Origin: Tubiluchus corallicola
Lineage: Eukaryota > Animalia > Priapulida
Direction: 5' to 3'
Assembly: GCA_030141605.1 (NCBI GenBank)
Contig: JAQGDQ010000248.1
Location: 248,001 to 312,000, forward strand
Length of the DNA: 64,000 nucleotides
Below the pieces are notes generated by a model. It saw only the letters and a list, made by a program, of their open reading frames with translations. It was not told the origin of the DNA and did no database searches. Numbering within the stretch: the stretch's first letter is position 1; the number at the start of each line of letters is the position of its first letter. This document shows, piece after piece, positions 13,999 to 26,983 of this stretch. The position numbers and the translations under genes were made by a program.

Positions 13999-14184
13999 GA
14001 AAATAACTGTCAGCACCCACTTAAGCAAAGACATGGCTATTTATTCCAACACAGTCATCTGTAACGTTTCAACCATAACATGGCCATGATCACGGAATTC
14101 TGTGTTATGATTGAAACGTTGCAGATGATTGTGTTGAAATAAATAGCCATGTCTTTGTTTAAGCAAGTGCTGGCTGTTATTTTC
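13999..14184. repeat. ~185-bp imperfect palindrome (arms ~80 bp)
   Basis: AAAGACATGGCTATTTATTCCAACACAGTCATCTGTAACGTTTCAA is inverted as TTGAAACGTTGCAGATGATTGTGTTGAAATAAATAGCCATGTCTTT. Confidence 0.9.
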
Positions 14185-17100
14185 TTTTTAAGAATTCTTT
14201 TTCCTCATCACCAATCAGTTTTGTCATTATCTAAATATAAGGAACGAGTGTCTTCCAGCTGTTAATTATTGTGACCTCACCCTTAAACGCGGTTTTCTGC
14301 AAACACACCACATGCTGGCTTTGTGGTCTATTCTTTAATACTGCAGTGACATGCTTGACACGAGATTCTAAATTGCACCTCTGTGAATTCCATGCTGAAG
14401 CTGATCCGCATGTATTTGCGTGAATCTTCTTAATGGTAATGCTCGAACAATCACTCTAAAACAGAATTTATGACAAACTATAAAAGCATTAAAAACACGG
14501 TCATAAATTAAAGTGAAATTGCCATGCAGACGGTCTGGACATAAAAGCAGCTAAGTTGTCGTCACTGATGAAAGTTTTCAATTACGCACGAATTCGCGTT
14601 ACGATAATAGCTGCAAAATGTGAACAAATATGAACGCAACATTGAATTCATGTTATTATTGCATAAACGAGGAGAGGACATTAATTAATATTACTGTATA
14701 TACAAGTTTACTCGAAAAGCTTTACCTGTAACTGGAGATTCCAATATTCAACGACCTGGCCTACACTGAGTCAATGTTTGTCACGAAGCTGGCGCCTTAT
14801 CAAAGTTAATCCTCTAAGAAGATTCACCAAAAAAATGGAAGTGCCTAGCCACATTTGGATGTTGAAAATGGTGGACACATAGAGCACTTGCTGTAAATTT
14901 TAACAATAATGATGCAATTTTTTCTGGCATTTATTTTTTGACTTGTTTGTTTTAAAAGTTCTGTTTTTTTTGGAAAATCAAAGAGAATGATCTAAAATTG
15001 TTGATGTTTGTACATAAATGTCTGTAATACCAGTGTGTTAATTTTCAAGTGATTTCTTTATTTTCTCATAATATCGTGATCAAAACTTCAGCACATTTTT
15101 TGCACCACCTAATATATACATCCTCCATCTATGAGGTAAACAGCCAGAATCGGTATGACAAATGAAACCTCCAAAAGCAGGCATTGAAAGCGTTCATGCA
15201 TCCATTCACTATCCAAACTCAGCATTGCTTAATTTTAGCCACAAACTACGTGTACGTGCCCACTCAGCTGTTATCTCACTTCAAATGCAGCAATATTTTG
15301 CAACTTGAGCCCGTTACAGAATGATTTAGACAAGGCTATACTCTAGAAACTGCCATCTCAGTGCTGCATGGTTTGACTGTATGCTTGGCCAATTTTGCAA
15401 GATTTTGCATCACTATATATCCACAAGGAGTAGTAGTTTTACAAGTCGTTCTGAGACTAACCTTGCTGTTTATTTGGGAGAGCTGGTGTCGCATTGCTTG
15501 GAAAGTTTGGGAACTATCCTAAAAAAACTATCCTCCGCACTCTGCTGGGTTGTTTTGCAGAGCGAAGAGTAATTGCTAAGACACTTGAATTACTAAAATA
15601 TTCCAAAATGGATTCTGATTCATATTTGTCAATTCAAAGTACCTTGCTAATGTAGCTTCTTAAGAAAAGAAATGAATGAAAATCTTGCATTCGCAAACGT
15701 AAATTTTGCCATTATTATGGTTATTTTATTTCTCCAAAAGATTTGTGCTTTTGCAGTAAATAGATTTCATAAAATAGTTATTTTACTTTCAGAACAAGTG
15801 ATACTAAGTTCCCCTATGGAAATTATTTCAAATGTTACGTATATTTATTTGATTTATATTAGAAGCACTTGCAATGTAAATTTTTCCATTCTCACAAGTT
15901 ATAAAGTGCATTCACACCCCCTCGTTTACATGCTTTTTTCCACCCAAAATCACAAAGGGGTTATTTCTGTATTGAGATAAGACTAATTCGTAAACTTGAA
16001 CGAGTCTAGCTTGTCCTTAGAAGAGCTTTTTAAAATAACGTGGGCGGTTAAACTATGCGCTTCATGTATTTATTTCAAAATTTCGATTGCGCTAATAAAT
16101 TTCCTTTCAAAAATTTCGACTTGACAACGGCTTCCCTGTTCTATTCCAGGAAAGTAGAATAAACATCGGTCAAAGATAATAAACAAGTCGCTCGAATTAG
16201 CCTAATGGAAATGACGTCATTGGGAAGCCTAATTATTGCCAATACAGCGCAAACACTTGAAGTTCTTATGTCCCATTCTCTGCTAGCAAAATATTCATTC
16301 AAGCCTTTCTGTCTCGTGTCATTAAGGCTAATTAAGGTTTTTAAATCGAAAAGTTCGTCAAAAGTTTGAGTGAGCATTAACGTCAGCATCATCGCTCGTG
16401 AGTCTAAATATAAACCCTCCCCCTCCCCGTTTTCATGATTTTGTTCTTTATCACATATTCACTTAATTGGGATTAAAATGGCTGCTGTGATTAGATAATT
16501 CATTTGCTCATATCGTCCCAGTGGGAACAATTAAATTTTACTGCATATTTTTATGAAATTATGACATTTTATCAGAATTATGTAATAAAAACGGATTGAG
16601 TAAACGGAACATTTCAGCATATAATTATAAATTTGATTTTTGGAACTGAAGTTAGAATTTTCCGAGAATAAATGTTAATTTTTTGTCATTGCAGGTAGAA
16701 TGTTAGATAAACACGCCTTTTTAAGTTTTGTAACATGTGTGTTTGTTTATATATATAGTGGATGATATACTAAATCTGTGTTTTTGCCATAGCTCACCTG
16801 AAGCTATGTAATTAAGTTTAGCATAAGGGTGTGTTTTTTTAATAAAAGGACTGCCATCTGTTATATCGTGCTGCTCCTGTTATTAAGGTTTCTTGCTGAA
16901 TGTTCCTTTTCATCTCATAATTTGCTGCGCTGCATCTCAAGCGGGATGTCTGTTAAATTGAATTTACTTCTAAAAGAACATTCCACCAAAAGCTTTTGCC
17001 TGTTTTAAAAAGAACTCTCTACCTGGTTTTATTAACAGGGAGTTATGTAAGGAATCTAATATTAAACTGAGTAGCTTCGTTAGGTGCAGTGCGGACTTTG

Positions 17101-17261
17101 CTATTCAAATGCCTTCGTTGGGAGTGATTTAGAAGTTTATTTTTTCCAAATTGATTAAAATTACATAGACAGTAGTAAAGGTTCAACAGCTTTTTGTGAT
17201 ATGTCAACTTTTCTCTGGCATTGTTATTTTACCTATTTTTGTGTACTTTTCTTTCTTCCAG

Positions 17262-17427
17262 ATTTGCTAGCAAAGTGTCCAGGGCATTTTCTTTCAACAA
17301 AACTCCTAGGAAGCTGAAAAGAGCCATGTCCAGCATGGCAACAGGATTTTCGCCGTGGGGCTCTGCGGGGGACCCATCGTCAAGCGGGGTGCAGATATCT
17401 AAACTTGCCAGTTGTGCTGACTTGAAT
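17262..17427 (+). CDS. ECT2: ECT2 exon (polybasic C-terminal region)
   Basis: ctttcttccag|...|gtgagt, phase 2-0; FASKVSRAFSFNKTPRKLKRAMSSMATGFSPWGSAGDPSSSGVQISKLASCADLN (cf. ECT2 VTRAFSFSKTPKRALRRA). Confidence 0.95.
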
Positions 17428-17750
17428 GTGAGTACGGTTGGTTGTTTTTACTGCTCTCCTTTGGACGGGGTGAATAGCACAACTTATGCGAGTGTGTGTG
17501 CGCGTGCGTGCGTGCGTGTGCACCAGTCCCATTCTGATTTCACACCTTTTGTTGAATTCCTCATCCTCATGTATGATGCTTATGTACTATCAAAACAGGA
17601 CCGAGGAATTAAAATAGGTATTAGTACCAAGTACTTCAGTCTTTCTTTTTTTGTTCCCAGCCCAAAATCTGACACAGAATTTTGTATAAAGGGTTACAGT
17701 ACATTTAATTACAGACCTCACTACCACTTGTATTAGAACACCCTAGAGAT

Positions 17751-17944
17751 AATGAGTAAAAAATCCCACTATTAAAAAACAAAGAAAGGGAAATAAAGGG
17801 CACAAGTTGTGCCATGCAACGTTTCAAACTGCAACTGTAGGTGTTCTTCAGGTGAACAAAAAAGACAAAAAAATCACAAGGAATCACTGTTGTGTCTTTT
17901 CCTTCTTTTTTTTGTTTTTTAATTGTGGGATTTTTTTATTCATT
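17751..17944. repeat. Inverted repeat (~45-bp arms) enclosing a degenerate hammerhead-like motif
   Basis: AATGAGTAAAAAATCCCACTATTAAAAAACAAA vs TTTGTTTTTTAATTGTGGGATTTTTTTATTCATT. Confidence 0.75.
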
Positions 17945-19112
17945 GCCACTATTCTTCTCATTAAGAATTAAGCTGTGTTACACCTAGATACATTTTCTCG
18001 ATGCACACGTCATTAAATTGTGCAAATTCCCTAACGTTCGTGCAAAACTTTTCATGTTACGTTATAAAAATCGGCCAAGCGCAATGTCGAACTTGCGCTG
18101 ATTTTTTTATGTCGCAGTGATTTCGGTCATGGTGGCAGCGTGTTCATGTTCGTATCATGGCAACACTGTATTCTTTGCCTGTTTGCCCTCCCCCTATATA
18201 ATTAACTTTATCTAGAAATTGTTATTCACTGAGAGAACTGTCAGTATTTGCTAACTAGGCTGGCATATTTGTTTAGGTTCACTGCTACCTAAGTGTAACC
18301 ATCTAATTGCCTGGCTTGATTAGTTTCTGTTGTGCCAGAGAGAGGCGCCAATATAATATGTGATTCCAGATTGATCAAGTTTGATGAGCATTGTTGATTT
18401 ACTGGTTGCAGAGTCAATGTCAGGCCATTATTCTGTGAAACCGTGCTTTGTATGGTAAAGTAGCCACGCATCGCTTGAGTTTTCACAACTCATTTATTTT
18501 TTGCAATTCCGTTCGTTCATTCGCTCTCTCTTTGGGGATGAGTTTCCAGGAGTTCGTTAATTTGTGTGGCTAATTTTTCCTGCTCGTTTTCAGAATGTAT
18601 TTCTTTTTTTAATTTTGTAAGTTGTAAGTTTTAATGCCCTCCTGAATTGTGTACGTATGTTTATTTATGAGCATTTATGAGTTGAAGGTTGTGCACTCTA
18701 GAGTGTACTAAAACTTTAATTTGTGCCGATGATAAAAATATGTGATTTTTGATTTGCAGCCAAAGTTTAAGATCAGAATTCGCACAGATTGTCATGATAT
18801 TTCGAACGCCCAAGACATTCTGTTTTTCAAATAGATTCTCAAAATTGTACATGTCTTGAAAATGCACAGCTTAAAACGTAAATTACAGGCAGCTTTGCCA
18901 AGACCTATGCTGCTCTAATTAGTATCTGTCATCTATTTTTCTTACGCATTTGTTGGTTTTGAAGACAACTTATTAAGACACGTTACAAACACGACAGATT
19001 TCACGAGTAGCTGTACACTGTGTTCATGATTTGAATAGTAAAACTGGTCTTCCTCTCATATTATAGTCGTCTTACAAATGCACGTCATACTGTTAAAAAA
19101 ACAAAGGCTATT

Positions 19113-19113
19113 A

Positions 19114-19160
<47 letters not shown>

Positions 19161-19226
19161 CATTATCACTATTATTATTATTATAATTATTATTATTATC
19201 ATTATTATTATTATTATTATTATTAC

Positions 19227-19265
<39 letters not shown>

Positions 19266-19266
19266 G
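19113..19266. repeat. (ATT)n microsatellite
   Basis: Direct reading. Confidence 0.98.
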
Positions 19267-22200
19267 TATAGTAATAATTAGGGGGAGAATTACCACTTGC
19301 TATAATACAGAGAAAAACAATAGCTATGTTGAATTAGCTGTACAAACGATCTAATCTTGTCTTATCTCAGAAGCCGCTGTCCTCTTTGTCAGCCGCCTCT
19401 TGTTTCAGGCACCAACTCTGAGCTGCTCTTAGGAATAATTAAGTTATTATATAAATTTATGCAAATTGGCCTACTTATGGGCTACGTCAGGCTAATTGCT
19501 CTCTACTGGCTAGGATATCATTTTTCACCACTAGAACGATAAATTTTCCTTGGCGGTTAATTTTTTAGCAAAGTTCTTGCAGCTTTCAAAGTAAAAATTA
19601 ATTGTTTTACGCGCGCTTCTTGCATGTGAGCGATTTTTCATTTAAAGGAGAAAAGGGGGGAAACTTTAAAGTATGTATCAAAAAACGTTCAACACGTTTA
19701 CTTTGTATTACGATTAGCTGTTTGAAAGACATGGGTAAATAACTGAAATAGAAAAAGAAAATTCTCGGTAAATTATAATGTTCGCGCCAGCTGATTCATC
19801 ACACCACTGGTTCGTCTTCCTAGTGTGAATCAAAACACGTCATTGGCTTAGCAAAAAACATTATTGATCTGATTAACAAGATAAAGTAGTTTATACTTTT
19901 ACTTAGTTACGAATGCTCTTATTATTTTTTTCTTTTAACTGACTTCATGCAAAGCTACCTAAACTTGTTTCAAACGGTTTACCGTCAAACTGGCTGCGCC
20001 TAACGGTCATCGCGGGAGTTTAAATTTCAAGTTTTATACAGCGTTACTGCTAATACAGAGAATAACATAATACTCAGTTCATATAAGACGGTATGTATGT
20101 GATACAAAATTGTAAATCGAATTTATTTAGCTTTGTGTAAGTAAAGGGTTTTCTTGATGTACTTCGGATAGGTTATTATTTGAAATGTCATTTTTGAGTA
20201 GACTTCTTTGCCCGTATTTTGCTTGGCAGAATCAAATGTACAAGACGGAACAAAGAAAATCTAAGCCTGTTTTATTGTTGCTTTATTTGAAAATATATTC
20301 AGAATCTCTGTTCACTGGTTTTTAAGTTTGCCAAGAGTAGTCGTAGTTCGATTGCCCGCATAGTCGTTTATTGGCCGCACGACCAAGGGTAGTGGGTCTG
20401 TCTGTTTATCTGCACTATGATTCAAATGGATCAAGCCATAATCACTAAACTTCGCACAGGGATAGGGCAGGCCAAGGCCAGGAAATGTGTTGATTTTTTT
20501 GTTCGAAAGGGCAAGACCTGGAAATTTGTTGTTTTTTTATTAAAAAGGTCAAAGGTCAAGGGCTCCGGATCAAAAATGTCAAAGGGCAAGACCAGAAAAT
20601 CAGTTGCTTTTTGGTACGAAAGGTCAAACGTCAAGGGTACAGGATAAAAATGTCAAAGTCAATTATGCCTTTAACTAGTGCTGTTATACCCAACAGTTTT
20701 CTGTGAAGTTAAGTGTAATGTGATCAAGCATCTTGCTTTGTCATTGTGCTTACTCTCAATAACTTAATAAACTGCTGCAAAATTCTCTCCAAGCCAAATG
20801 CAAACTCTTAGTTGCGCCTAAGTGAGCATGCATTTTAATTAATGGTGATAACATGTACGAATGATTCATCTTGTTAACATTTTGTTAAGCAAACAAGTTG
20901 TGCTAGTAATGATAAGTTTCGTTGATAAGTGGGAACGTTTGTATTGGCGAGGAAGTACTCTTTTTCAAGGCTTTTGTTTCTCCACGTCAGTGTTGTAGAG
21001 AAAAACAACGAAAGATTGTAGTTGACCTGCTGAAAATACAGTGAGGTTGTAGTATTCAAGTAGAAAATAATTTTTTTTACCTGTCATTTCGCCGCTCGTT
21101 AAACAAGGTGTGCTTCTAAAATACCTTTATTTGTGCTTATTACTTTGCCGTGTAAGTGCTGGTTAGCTGAAGTCAGGCAGTTTTACAGTTAGAAGCTTGC
21201 TTGAATCATTTCTCTCAACTTTCCACTCATAGTTGTTAAAAGAAAGCGTGATTATTTTCCATATCCTACCCCATTTTGAAGTACGGAAAAAGTATACATT
21301 TTAATGTACCTACAATAATGCCAGAGTATTGCTTATAATTATATAATAAGTTAAAACCTTACTTAACGGCTTAGTGATGACGTCAGAAGTAAACATAATT
21401 TTCAACAGCACAAACATTCCAGGAGCGTGTTGCTTAAGCGAAAATTGAAGTGCAGTGCTATAGTACAATATTCAGTATGACATACAAAAGTTCGACAAAT
21501 TTGAAGTTTAAAAATTTAAATTTTAAGTTTATCGCCATGTTCACACATGAGCTCTCGAATATGTGCGTTACGTCACAATAGAACACATCTGAATTGGCAG
21601 GTACAGCGCCTGTTTTTGTGCAATGCGTTTCCGAGATGCAGGCGCTAGCGCCTAACTAGCGAATGGCGAAATGCGACCAGCGAAGAACTAGCCGCGCAAA
21701 AGAAGTTTTTGCGGTAATAATTTTTTAACGTTAAAAAAGAATATTTTATGAATTAGATTGTTTTGAGCTATAATTTAGTTTCACATTGGGTCCGGTTTTG
21801 CTTTTAGCAGGAAGCGTTAACGAGGTTCATGTTCTAAGGGTTGATGTAGTTGATTTATAGCTAGACTTCGACTCACGACAGCGGATAATAATCACGTGGT
21901 TTTTCTCGAGAAACGTAAAATTACTTTTCTTGTTGGATGAGTGCTGCCTGTTTATATGAGAATTGGTGAAGGTAATAGAGTTAGATTTATGTATGTCTCC
22001 AGGTGCCTGGCTGTAGCTGTGGCAGGAAAGATTGAAAGGCGGTTTACTCGGGCACCTGAGTCCATAATAATGCCTTGTTGTTTTGCAAAGCAGCTTTTCA
22101 CGAATCCCGAGGGAGCGGGAAAGTTTCAATGATGTTTGTTTGCCTTTTACAGTGCTGGCCTTTGAAAAAGTAAATCTTATAGCTTGGCTGAATACTAATT

Positions 22201-25200
22201 ATGCATTTACTTCTTGGTGCTTGGAATTAATAGTATCGCAAACACGATTGCAATAAAACAAACTTGCAAGAGGGGTAGGGACTATGGAATATGTTACCCT
22301 TGTTGACTCGGTAAACGCCTCCGTGCCTTAGGAATGTCGAATCGTGTAGGAAATGTGTCATTTTCTGTAAGGGCGAATATAGTATCTGTGTACTTTGGTG
22401 CAGTTGGGCGGGTCACAAATAAAGACAGTACACAACGAAATAGTTCTTCTTGAGGTGGAATGATTAGAAACTATTAGATCGGATGATTTAGGAACAATGT
22501 TCTACACTGTGATGTGTTGCATTTTTGTGATTTTGTTATTTTACTGTGATATGAATGTATCAAAGTCTCTACGTTTGGGCCACTACATAGCTGTATTTTA
22601 GAACTGCAAGCTAATTAATTGGTTCCGTTTGTGGCCATGTACTTAAAGGAGGACTATAACACAAGATAATCTTATGTATGAAATATTGAAAGAGAACGCA
22701 ATTGTTTGAACCGTTTGAACATGTATTAAGAATGATTTGCGTGAAAGAATTATTACCGCGGAAAGTTTAATTTCACATATTTCGCCGTTCGTTAGATGGG
22801 CACAACACCTGCATCTCGGAAACTCGTTGTGCAAAAAACAGGCTCTGTACCTCTCAATTCGGTTCCGACGTGGCACACATTTGTGGTAGAGTGGTAAGTC
22901 TACCTTCGCACAGTGGTAGACTTAAACGTCGAATAAAAATTCGTCGAGTTTTTATGTATCACAGTCAGCGTTGTACAGTAGCACTGTACTCTAATTTTGT
23001 CTTTCGCCAACAGGTGCAACACACTCTTGGAATGTTTGGTTGTTACAAAATTGTGTTCACCTTTAACATCATCGGTTGCTGTTGCTAGCCATTGTTTACA
23101 TTTTTAAACAGTTACGTTATTATCAGAAACACTTTGGTATTATTATACTGTAGGTGTTAAAATCTATACTTTTTACTGTGCCTCAAAATGGCAGCATTTC
23201 AAAAATTATCATGTTAAAGGAAAAGTTGCCTTTGAAATTTTTTTGTATCGTTTTTTGTCTGCTGTTGTTTGTGTTTCACTGAAGTATGCTGTTCATGTAC
23301 TTTGGTTGAATAAACTCTTTCAAATTAATGACCGAAAGGATCCAGAATAAGGGTGAACTTGGAGCTTTTGCGTCGCGTAGAGGTGCTCAATTGTGTAAAC
23401 TTAAACATTCCTAGTTCTTTTACACTTTGTGCTTCTCCCAGAACACTACTCAGCTCTCTTTTGCATGATAAAATTTCCTCAATCAGAATAATTCCTCTGT
23501 CACTATCCACGATCACCTTACACGGAGTAGCCTTAGCGAAAGCCAACAAGTCCTTGCTGACCTTAATCCTGTAGGAGAGAATGGTTTTTTATATTCAGTC
23601 TGACGAGCAGGATTTAGGTTGTTTGTAAGCTTCGGCTTTCATCACTTGCAGCTGGTAAAGAAGAAGCTTCAAAATGACAACATAGTAGTATGTGTTTCAG
23701 ACAGAAGCATACGTATTCATCATCCCCATGAAAACTGAATAGTGTCTTTCTTGCTCACTAATTAGCCTAGCAATTAAGTAAGTAATTAAGAAAAAAATTT
23801 AACATCAACATGCAATATTTAAAGGTGAATTGATGAATGAAAATTCAATGAACACACGAGCAAGTCATCAACTATTAAATTTTTGAAAATGAACATGTCC
23901 AAAAAAACTAAATGAAGAAATCAGGCTAAGGCTGGATTTGAACCAGGTGCTATTAGATTATAAGTCAACTTGTTAGACAAGACAGTCCTGGTGGTGTTCA
24001 AGTCAGGGGCAAGAGAAACCTAGAACTGTAATTAAAGCGTGCCCTGTTATTGATTACCCTAATATGTATTAATACTTGGAAGATTTGGATTAATAGTAAT
24101 GATTTACGGTCTCACTTGATCACAATGATGTGAAAGATCTCTTGTTCAAATCCAGATTCAGTCCCACCTTTTTCACGTTCTGATCAAATTTGCGTCGAGT
24201 AAAATTAATCCATTCGATCGATCATCTTAAAGTTGATATTAAAAATACTTAAAGATGAGTAAATGATAAATGAGTGAATGAATGAGCAACGAGCAAGTGA
24301 CAGTAAGCCTCTATAGACATCATAGGACTATATATAAACTAACGTGGCCTTACTATAGCGTCGTCAACAAATTCTTAATAGCAGAATATTATATTCATAT
24401 TTTTGGTCCCACAATGGCTGGATATTAGAATTAGAATCAATCATTAAAACTACCACTGCATAATAAATTTGCACTGCACTACAGTATTAGCGTTCTCAGA
24501 GCCTGAAAGAGATCAACTTACCCAGTTGATCGATATTAGTGCAAATAAATATTTATCAGGCTTTTAACTGAATTGTAGCTTGTTGCTGATGTTGCCGCTT
24601 TTCTTCTAAACGCCTTAAATTGATTTAAGTTGCGATAGCGTCTAGCTGTTAACAGCTAATGCAGCTTCCTCTTCTAATTTTATTTGGCTTCGTTCCATTC
24701 ATCTGATTATGAACGAAACGCTATTTAGATGGAAGAGATCCGTATAAGGAACCGGTCTTTTTTCAAAAAGGAGTGACACTGTTTTACTATGGTTGTACAG
24801 TTATAATGAAAAGAACATTAGCATACAAAGGAAAAAATTCAGCAGTTGTGTCGATTTTGTAAAGGGGCCAAAACATTTTTGTCTTACAACTAAAACAAAA
24901 ATTGCCAAAGAATGACAGTGAAATTAGTACATGCAGGATAGGTATCAAGCGTTAACATTGAGTAACCACTTACAACCAGGCTGGAATTAGTGTTTATTCA
25001 TCCCGTGCAAGCCGTCTGGTACTCAAACAAATAGGCCGTTTTTTCTGTTCTACCAGGACGGGTCATACACCAGAAGCCAAGAGCACTAGATCAGTTCTGA
25101 TCCCAAAATGGTAGTTAATCTATCAAAATACATTTACGCGATACCGACCCACAGTTTCTGGGATGAAATTGACAATTTCTCTCAGCACTGAGCCACATAC

Positions 25201-25826
25201 GCATGCTCAGATTTGCTAGAACTTAGGGAGATTTGCATTGGTATTCGTTTGATTGAGTACCTGGTCACCCTTTCTTGCTTGTGTATTTGTTTTCGTTGTC
25301 TTGTTCTGTCCCTCGCCCACTCATTACTTCTTTTCTCATCTATCTGTTCGCTTGTTCAGTATATTTGCTCTGTTTGCTTTGTTTTTCATCAAAGCCCTCT
25401 TAACCTTGAAAATTTTGCAGTTAAGCGTATTGACGTCGCATTATATTATATACTGGCATCAGACACAGTGACAGCATTTGCATGTTGTGTCTATATGGCA
25501 GTGATTTATAAGTTTTAATCAAACGTGAAGGCAATGTGCATAAGATACGACTACTGTTAATTAACGTGCTTAATTTCCCTGGGGTTAGTCGAGCGGGACG
25601 TCATTTATTCAATCCTTGATGATATCAGCACTTCCTTGGCTGGTTGTTGCTTGCACTGCTTTTGGTGTCTGCTGATACTGCTCGTTTGTCTTCATTAATG
25701 CGTGATAGTGTTTGGGTAACGTGAAAGCATGCAAATTCAAGACTCGGTAATTATTTTCTTTTAGTTTTCAGTGGCCCAGTCAGTCAAAGTGCTGTGGCAG
25801 TCCAGAACCCGATGCCTATTCAGCCT

Positions 25827-25895
<69 letters not shown>

Positions 25896-25935
25896 CAGTA
25901 GCAGTAGCAGTAGCAGTAGCAGTAGCAGCAGCAGT

Positions 25936-25966
<31 letters not shown>

Positions 25967-26136
25967 GCAGCCAGCAGCACCAGCAGCATCAGTAGCAATT
26001 GTATTGTATTGTATTGTATTGTATTGTATTGTATTGTATTGTATTGTATTGTATTGTATTGTATTGTATTGTATTGTATTGTATTGTATTGTATTGTATT
26101 GTATTGTATTGTATTGCATTGTATTGTATTGTATTG
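25827..26136. repeat. Compound microsatellite (AGT)n-(AGC)n-(ATTGT)n
   Basis: Direct reading. Confidence 0.98.
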
Positions 26137-26927
26137 ACAATGATAAGATTGTGGTCCATCAACAACATTACAAAAATTGTCACGGAGTTAGAAAAAAATA
26201 AATATTAACAGCAAATTTCAACACAGCGAGTTAATTGTAAATTTTTCAAATTACTCACAAGAATTTACCACAAAATTCAAGCTCTAAATCAAATAGCTCT
26301 TGCACTCTGTTTAAATACGCAGCATACATTTCTCTAATTGCCTCAGATAATGTACAATGTATAATCACATGCGACTCGTCTTGAACAGAGATATATCACA
26401 CCTGCATACCCTGTTATCACGAGAAATAGGTGGCCTAGGCTGGCCCAATCTCATCCTCAGATAATGAGACGGCAGCATAAACCTATTAAAACTTATTGGT
26501 AGAGAATCGGGGATATCAGATGAATAATTGCATGTTGTACTAGCAGAACTGAGGACTAAATAGCTTGAAATACCGACGTTTGTTTACACTTTTAGCTCGA
26601 GTGTTATTTAAAATGTTGTCAGGAACGCAATCATAACACTTACGAAAGGATTTAAATGCAGTTAGTAATAAGAGTGACGACATTAATTATTAATTAATTG
26701 CCAATCAAACAAAGGGGTTCATTAAACTTAAGGTCACCAAGCTTTTTATCTAAAAACTGTCTGAACGACGGGCTAGTCATCTGTCCTTCGTCTGTACCGA
26801 ACCAGGTATGGGAAACCAATTCGTTTTCTAGGTCATGAAGTGCTTCAGTTAGATTGAAAATACGATAATGCTCTTCTGATGTCGTAATCGTAAAAGAAGA
26901 AGTTAAAATGCCCACAAGTCTCAAAAT

Positions 26928-26983
26928 TCTTTATTTTTTCAGAAGCTTTCGTCCTCTCTGACTTCATCAGCTGCACAGAAAGA
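26928..26983 (-). ncRNA. Minimal type I hammerhead ribozyme motif (Penelope/retrozyme type)
   Basis: Minus strand: cag-CTGATGA-A-GTC-agagag-GAC-GAAA-GCT-T-ctg-aaaaaataaa; both core boxes intact, stem II GTC/GAC, stem I CAG/CTG, palindromic AAGCTT in place of stem III. Confidence 0.65.

Noticed and set aside
17428-17736. Remainder of the 171-aa ORF as ECT2 coding sequence
   Set aside because: It follows a canonical GTGAGT donor and includes a (TG/CG) microsatellite; intronic.
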